In this document: piece by piece, positions 8,719-14,108 of the stretch
How positions within the stretch are numbered: position 1 is the first letter of the stretch
How the letters are laid out: each line of letters opens with the position of its first letter
NCBI RefSeq assembly: GCF_006345805.1
Contig: NW_021825897.1
Span: forward strand, 1-14,108
Length of the DNA stretch: 14,108 nt
Source of the DNA: Octopus sinensis
Lineage: Eukaryota
Direction of reading: 5' to 3'
The notes under the pieces: generated by a model
Database searches by the model: none
What the model saw: the letters and a program-made list of their open reading frames with translations, nothing else
Told to the model about the DNA's origin: nothing
Made by a program: the position numbers and the translations under genes

Positions 8719-9429
8719 TATTTGGCATTTCTAAACAAAGAAAAGAAGAAAGACTTGCCTTGGTTATTTTCGAACAGAGAACATAAGGGGACGCGATTAA
8801 ATGCCGCACGATATTATGTATAATTTTATAAACCAATGAGTGTGTTTCACTCATTTACAACTCTACTATATTAATAACAGCTACTGCATTATTGCCGCCA
8901 TCATTATCAACACTATCACTGACATCACTTCAGTACAACTATCTAATAATATCACCACCACCATTACTATAGTATTAATCTTGGCATTATTATTTTAACT
9001 TCATACAGCGTGTTAATGTATTGAAGAAATGAAGCAAAAACAACACCTCATCCTCACTTTAGAAAAAAAAAATGACTCCTATAAACGCTCCAGCTCATAT
9101 AACTATCTATGAATAAAAGGCACGCAAGCAACGGAGATGGTTTGGTTACCCCGGAGTAAGGCTACGGCTCTTAAACATAGCATATTCAAATTTGACGATA
9201 AAAAATATATATATATATATCTTTCGTAAGTCGTTACAGTTTTGTAATACGATATGGAGATGTATAACACAGAGCGACCGTGTTACTCTAGTCGAGATTA
9301 ATGCTATCATATCCTGTAACTTGATACGCGAGGGGCAATGAAATATGGCCACCTTTCCAAACTATAAAAATAAGACGCAATATGCCGGCAACCGAAATGG
9401 CTATCGAACTCTCACATAAATAATAAAAT

Positions 9430-9501
<72 letters not shown>

Positions 9502-9725
9502 ATATATATATGTACATATGTATATATAATATATATATTTATATAAATATATATATATATGTATGTGTGTGTGTGTGTAAATATGCATGTATATATATGC
9601 ACATATATATATGTGTGTGTGTATATACATATACACACGCACACATATTTACATTTACATACAACATATATATGCATATATATATATACACTATATATAA
9701 CCATATCTTAGCATATATATGCATA

Positions 9726-9768
<43 letters not shown>

Positions 9769-9925
9769 TTACACATATAACCATATATATAGCATATGTA
9801 TATATATATATATATAATATATATATATATGTATGCATGTATGTATATACACACGCATACATATTCATATATGTGCGTACGAGTATTTGGACGTGCGCGT
9901 GCTGTTAATGTATGTGTGTATATGT
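9430..9925. repeat. Long compound (TA)/(TG)/(CA) microsatellite
   Basis: Direct reading; accounts for ORFs 9412-9908. Confidence 0.95.
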
Positions 9926-11029
9926 AGGTATATGTCCTTGTGCGTGTGTACCCATTCAGAGTTCATCCGCTCTCCTCACGAAAAGGAAATGCTATAAGGC
10001 CATGAATAATTTTGTCTCGATCGTGTTTTAAAATGCAATAAAAATGGCGTCAGTCGTTTCAAATTCTAATCCACGTAGTCGTCGCTGATAATGATGGAGT
10101 AAACGCTGGTAAGGATAGGATATATATACCCTATAATAGAAGCTGCGTTTCTTTATAGATGGCTGATTGTTAAGCCATCCCAACTTGGTATCGTTATGTT
10201 ATCTTTAATTTTACACACACACACATACACACACACACACAGACATATAAACTTTTGTCTGTGCATGGAGAGGGGTGAAATTTTTAGGGATACTTAACGT
10301 TAAGAACGCTGATGGTTATATAAAAAAATGGAATTCATTGCCATTTCATTGGACATGAAAAAACAAGCGGAAAGAAATGAGAACGAGATATAAAACAATA
10401 CGTATAATTAAGTAAATATATATAAATCGTGTTTTCTTTTTATTGTTCGGTTATTTCGCAGGTTTTATTGTCGGCAGCCTGTAGATTAAGTCCATATTAC
10501 TGTAAGCTATATCTATATTTCGCCAATTTTATAGTCTATGGTTTTTAGATTACAGGGATAAAATAAGCCACTCGTTAAGCTGCAACGTTAAAAATTATGG
10601 TTATTCTAATCCTATTAGTTAGATGAAATTTCTTAATAGCTGTGTAATAGCTACACAAAGTCAGGTTTCCTTGGCTTTTCTTCAGGGCGTATTCGGAAAA
10701 GTTCGTTTATTCTTATTTTTACTCCCTCATTGTTAGAAAATATTCATCTCATACTGACAAGACATAAACAATACACATGCCTTATCTAAATATAAGAAAA
10801 ATCGGATAATGACAAGTTGTGACGTTTATGATTTTCTCGTGAGAATTAAGAGCATAAATATAGTACAGTTGAAGCGATTTCAACGAGAAATTGAACCCTT
10901 GCTGCTTTCTCGTCGCTACAGCAGAAGATTATTTTTGTTTTTGCGGCTTTTACCATATTGTTGTGAAAGTGTTGAGCTCAGAAGTATGGAATCATAAACA
11001 ATTCTTTATTTATTTTTTTTTTTTACTTT

Positions 11030-11430
11030 TTACTTTTTACTTGTTTCAGTCATTTGACTGTGGCCATGCTGGAGCATCGCCTTTAATCGTGCAAATCGAC
11101 CCTAGGACTTATTCTTTTGTAAGCCCAGTACTTATTCTATCGGTCTCTTTTGCCAAACCGCTAAGTAACGGGGACGTAAACACACCAGCATCGGTTGTCA
11201 AGCGATGTTGGGGGGGGGGACAAACGCAGACACACGAACATATACTCACACATACATATATATATACATATATACGACGGGCTTCTTTCAGTTTCCGTCA
11301 ACCAAATCCACTCACAAGGCATTGGTCGGCCCGAGGCTATAGCAGAAGATACTTGCCCAAGGTGCCACGCAGTGGGACTGAACCCGGAACCATGTGGTTG
11401 GTAAACAAGCTACTTACCACACAGCCACTC
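11030..11430 (-). mobile_element. SINE family B, near full length
   Basis: Reverse complement of 12148-12582 over its whole length, including the tRNA-like head, internal microsatellite and AAAAGT-type tail. Confidence 0.93.
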
Positions 11431-11469
11431 TTAATCAATTTTTAAAAATTTAATACTTACTTTTAAAAC

Positions 11470-11795
11470 CTGATGCTTATTCTTTCGTCTCTATTGTCGA
11501 ACAGCTAAGTTACAGAGACGTCAAAAAACCAGCACCAGTTGTCAAGCAGTGGTGCGGGGTATACACAAACACAAAGACAAATAGGCAGGCAGCCATCAGA
11601 CAGAGAGAAAGATAGACACATGCATATATATGACGGGTATCCACACAGTTTCCACTCGCAAAATTCACTCACAAGAAATTGGTCGGTCGGTTCGGAGCTC
11701 TAGTAGATGATATTTGCTCACGGTGTCGCGCAGTGGAACTGAACCTGAAAGCACGTGGTTGCAAAGCGAGCTTCTTAACCACACAACCAGGCCTG
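11470..11795 (-). mobile_element. Degenerate SINE family B copy
   Basis: Colinear with 11095-11430 (gctaagttacagagacg...gttgtcaagc...gcgcagtggaactgaacc...cttaaccacac) with many substitutions. Confidence 0.8.
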
Positions 11796-12049
11796 AATCC
11801 AATTTCTTAATCACACAGAAGTACACACTGAAAACGGTGAAGATAATCACGATGATTAACATTTTAAGGGAAGGTGTTGAAAGGGTGAACGCTGAAGTTA
11901 ATCAGGTTGGGATTTAAACTCAGAACTGAAGTTAAAATTCAATATCACAATTCATTTTGACTGAAGATTTTTCATCTCTACCATCCAGCCATCTCCATAT
12001 TCCCTACCTTGTAGACCTGTAAGTGATACAAGGCCCCAATCGTTTAAAT

Positions 12050-12310
12050 AAGTAATTTACAACCGTGTTTTGCCTATGGACCTCTTTGATTTCTATTTTA
12101 CTCGGATGCGCTATCATAGCTATTCGATGTTTAAAAAAATCCTACCAGGCGCAGGAGTGTCTGTGTGGTAAGTAGCCTGCTTACCAACCGCATGATTCTA
12201 GGTTCAGTCCCACTGTGTGGGACCTTGGGCAAGTGTCTTCTACTATAGCCTCGGGCAGACCAAAGCCTTGTAAGTGGATTTGGTAGACGGAAACTGAAAG
12301 AAGCCCGTCG

Positions 12311-12357
<47 letters not shown>

Positions 12358-12726
12358 ATATGTTTGTGTGTCTGTGTTTGTCCCCCCAACATCACATGAC
12401 AACCGATGGTGGTGTGTGTACGTCCCCGTAACTTAGCGGTTCGGGAAAAGAGCCCGATAGATTAAGTACTAGGCTTCCAAAGAATAAGTCCCGGGGTCGA
12501 TTTGCTCGACTAAAGGCGGTGCTCCAGCATGGCCGCAGTCAAATGACTGAAACAAGTAAAAGAGTAAAAGAGTAAAAGAGTATATTTTTATAATAAAATA
12601 TTATTAGGAATTGTGAAAAAAATAATTGTATTGCAGAAGCATAATTTATTGTACATAAACTTTAACAACAAAATCTTATATGGACTCCGATCCAAGGGTC
12701 ATGTGGATCCTGGTTGAGAACAACTG
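12050..12726. mobile_element. hAT-superfamily MITE interrupted by SINE-B
   Basis: Right end GGTTGAGAACAACTG (12712-12726) is near the reverse complement of the hAT terminus CAGTGGTTCTCAACC. The left end AAGTAATTTACAACC (12050-12064) is degenerate. 8-bp TSD GTTTAAAT (12042-12049) / GTTTCAAT (12727-12734). Confidence 0.7.
12148..12582 (+). mobile_element. SINE family B, full length, tRNA-derived head
   Basis: GGCGCAGG start, A-box-like TGTCTGTGTGG, B-box-like GGTTCAGTCCC, ACCTTGGGCAAGT (CORE-like), internal (TA)/(TG) repeat, (GTAAAAGA)3 tail. Confidence 0.93.
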
Positions 12727-12754
12727 GTTTCAATCTACCCCAGAATTTGACTGG

Positions 12755-13203
12755 GGATCTTTTCGGTTTGAACGGCAGTTTTTAACATAATTTCTAGGTA
12801 ACTAAAAAATTTTAAACTTCGTATACTGGTAGAATGTGTTTATAAAACATCTTTTTCTCTTGGCTTTATTGAGAAAATTCTATAGTTTGTAAGATATTTG
12901 TTGTTTTTTTTATTCAATTTCTGCAATTTCAGCCAATCAATGACCGTCTATTGAGGTGAAAACATTCTGTGCCGTATGAATATGTCCCTCGTTTAAGAAA
13001 CAGATTGGGTTTATTTACATTTCTGAAGAAAAAAAGATACCCTGCCCTCCATCCCTAACCCTAACCCTAACCCTAACTAACCTTAACTAACCCTAGCCCT
13101 AAAACAGATTGAAATGCAATAGATCGATACTAGGGTCATAATTATGGGTGACAATTTCATATGACACCGCTAGAAGAAACTGCCGTTCAAACCGAAAAGA
13201 TCC
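12755..13203. mobile_element. 449-bp MITE with perfect 27-bp TIRs and 8-bp TSD (Merlin-like, tentative)
   Basis: GGATCTTTTCGGTTTGAACGGCAGTTT (12755-12781) and its exact reverse complement (13177-13203). TTGACTGG duplicated at 12747-12754 and 13204-13211. GG termini with an 8-bp TSD fit Merlin/IS1016 better than hAT. Confidence 0.92.
13053..13102. repeat. Telomere-like (CCCTAA)4 plus degenerate units inside the MITE
   Basis: Four perfect CCCTAA units at 13053-13076, then ctaa ccttaa ctaa ccctag ccctaa. Confidence 0.92.
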
Positions 13204-13444
13204 TTGACTGGTACTATATTTTATCGGTTCCTAAGGGTTAGACAGCAAAATAAACATCTGTAGGGTTGGAATTCAATAACTAAAAAGGCATACCGAAATA
13301 CAACGTTGCATTTTACCTGTTGATCTGTTTATTCAGCCAACAGAGTTTCTAATAATGATGTATATGCATATTCATATACAACGATGAAATTACTATTCTA
13401 AATATTTTAAATCTACTTCACGGGTGCGCGGATTCATTTTAATC

Positions 13445-13884
13445 TACTGAAATTTGGGGAAGTCGATTATATTGGGCAAGTCGATTACATTGACCTCAGT
13501 ACTCAAATGGTACTTGTTTTGCTGGCAGAAACGTTAGCACGCCGGGCGAAATGCTTAGCGGTATTTCGTCTGGGGTACGTTGTGAGTTCAAATTCCACCG
13601 AGGTCGACTTTGCCTTTCATCCTTTCGAGGTCGATAAATTAAGTACCAGTTACGCACTGGGGTCGATGTAATCGACTTAATACCTATGTCTGTCCTTGTT
13701 TGTCCACTCTGTGTTTAGCCCCTTGTGGGTAATATAGAAATAGGTACTTGTTTTAACGACATGAAACACGAAAGGATGAAAGGCAAAATCGACCATAGCG
13801 GAATTTGAATTCAGAACGTAAAACCGGACGATATGCCGTTAAGCATTTTGTTCGGAGTACTAATAACTCTGCCAGCTCACTGCC
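13445..13884 (-). mobile_element. Older SINE family A copy split by a younger family A copy
   Basis: 13445-13520 and 13755-13884 rejoin into a full antisense copy, with the head ending ...ctctgccagctcactgcc at 13884. Confidence 0.85.
13521..13742 (+). mobile_element. SINE family A, slightly 5'-truncated
   Basis: Near-identical to 2748-2970. 12-bp TSD GGTACTTGTTTT at 13509-13520 and 13743-13754. Confidence 0.92.
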
Positions 13885-13897
13885 TTACAGCCAATTA

Positions 13898-14091
13898 ATA
13901 TTGGTTCCAAATGTTGGCACAAGGTATGCAATTTCGGTCTAGTCGATCAGATCGACCCCAATACTCATCTCCTATTATCGCCCCCACCCCCCCAAAAAAA
14001 AAGATAAAAGATGAAGTCGACGGAATTTGAACTCAGAACGTAAGGACAAACGAAACACCGTTTAAACATTTACCCAGCGTGATAACGATTC
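13898..14091 (-). mobile_element. Degenerate SINE family A copy
   Basis: atattggttccaaatgttggcacaagg...gtcgatcagatcgacccc...gtcgacggaatttgaactcagaacg...gataacgattc. Confidence 0.8.
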
Positions 14092-14108
14092 TTATTTCTT
14101 TATTGTCC

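Larger units (their letters stand above)
12025..13260 (-). mobile_element. SINE family A 3' remnant hosting two MITE insertions
   Basis: Removing both MITEs and one copy of each TSD rejoins acaaggccccaatc-gtttaaat-ctaccccagaat-ttgactgg-tactatattttatcgg, which matches family A acaagg...gtcgattacatcgaccccagt...actggtacttattttatcga. Confidence 0.6.

Noticed and set aside
8-9908. Long low-complexity ORFs (IYIY, HTYI, poly-N/L/Y, CVCV) in the ORF track
   Set aside because: They are translations of stop-free di-, tri- and tetranucleotide microsatellites with no protein signature.
10044-10088. AAAATGGCG strong start context (MASVVSNSNPRSRR*)
   Set aside because: It stops after 14 codons with no donor site before the stop.
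10891-11445. 184-aa ORF, the longest in the window
   Set aside because: Most of it runs antisense through a SINE-B copy; the same peptide motifs appear in the 12181..12402 ORF from another copy.
13053-13102. True chromosome end or fusion scar
   Set aside because: The tract is short, has no head-to-head inversion, and sits inside a TIR/TSD-bounded MITE.

Overview
AT-rich, microsatellite-dense eukaryotic DNA made almost entirely of decayed and nested transposable elements. I recognise no intact host gene, rRNA, tRNA gene or CRISPR array. The repeat families resemble those I recall from octopod cephalopods; this is inference from memory, not a database search. Protein-coding relics are an R4/Dong-clade non-LTR retrotransposon (RT thumb, CCHC knuckle, RLE endonuclease; ~1183-2300), a FLYWCH+MULE transposase split by a SINE (2369-3425), a CR1/L2-type 3' end (571-817) and a possible piggyBac 5' end. 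Non-coding elements are two tRNA-head SINE families (called A and B here, many copies), one or two non-autonomous Helitrons, a hAT MITE, a GG-ended MITE carrying (CCCTAA)4, and a Penelope-like terminal repeat with a decayed hammerhead motif. The most interesting structures are (i) an (AAT)n-embedded head-to-tail array of an R4-like 3' end plus two ~560-bp elements with identical boundaries, (ii) four independent insertions within the same ~60-nt segment of SINE-A, and (iii) closely spaced inverted SINE pairs. Most long ORFs in the supplied track are microsatellite or antisense-repeat artefacts.
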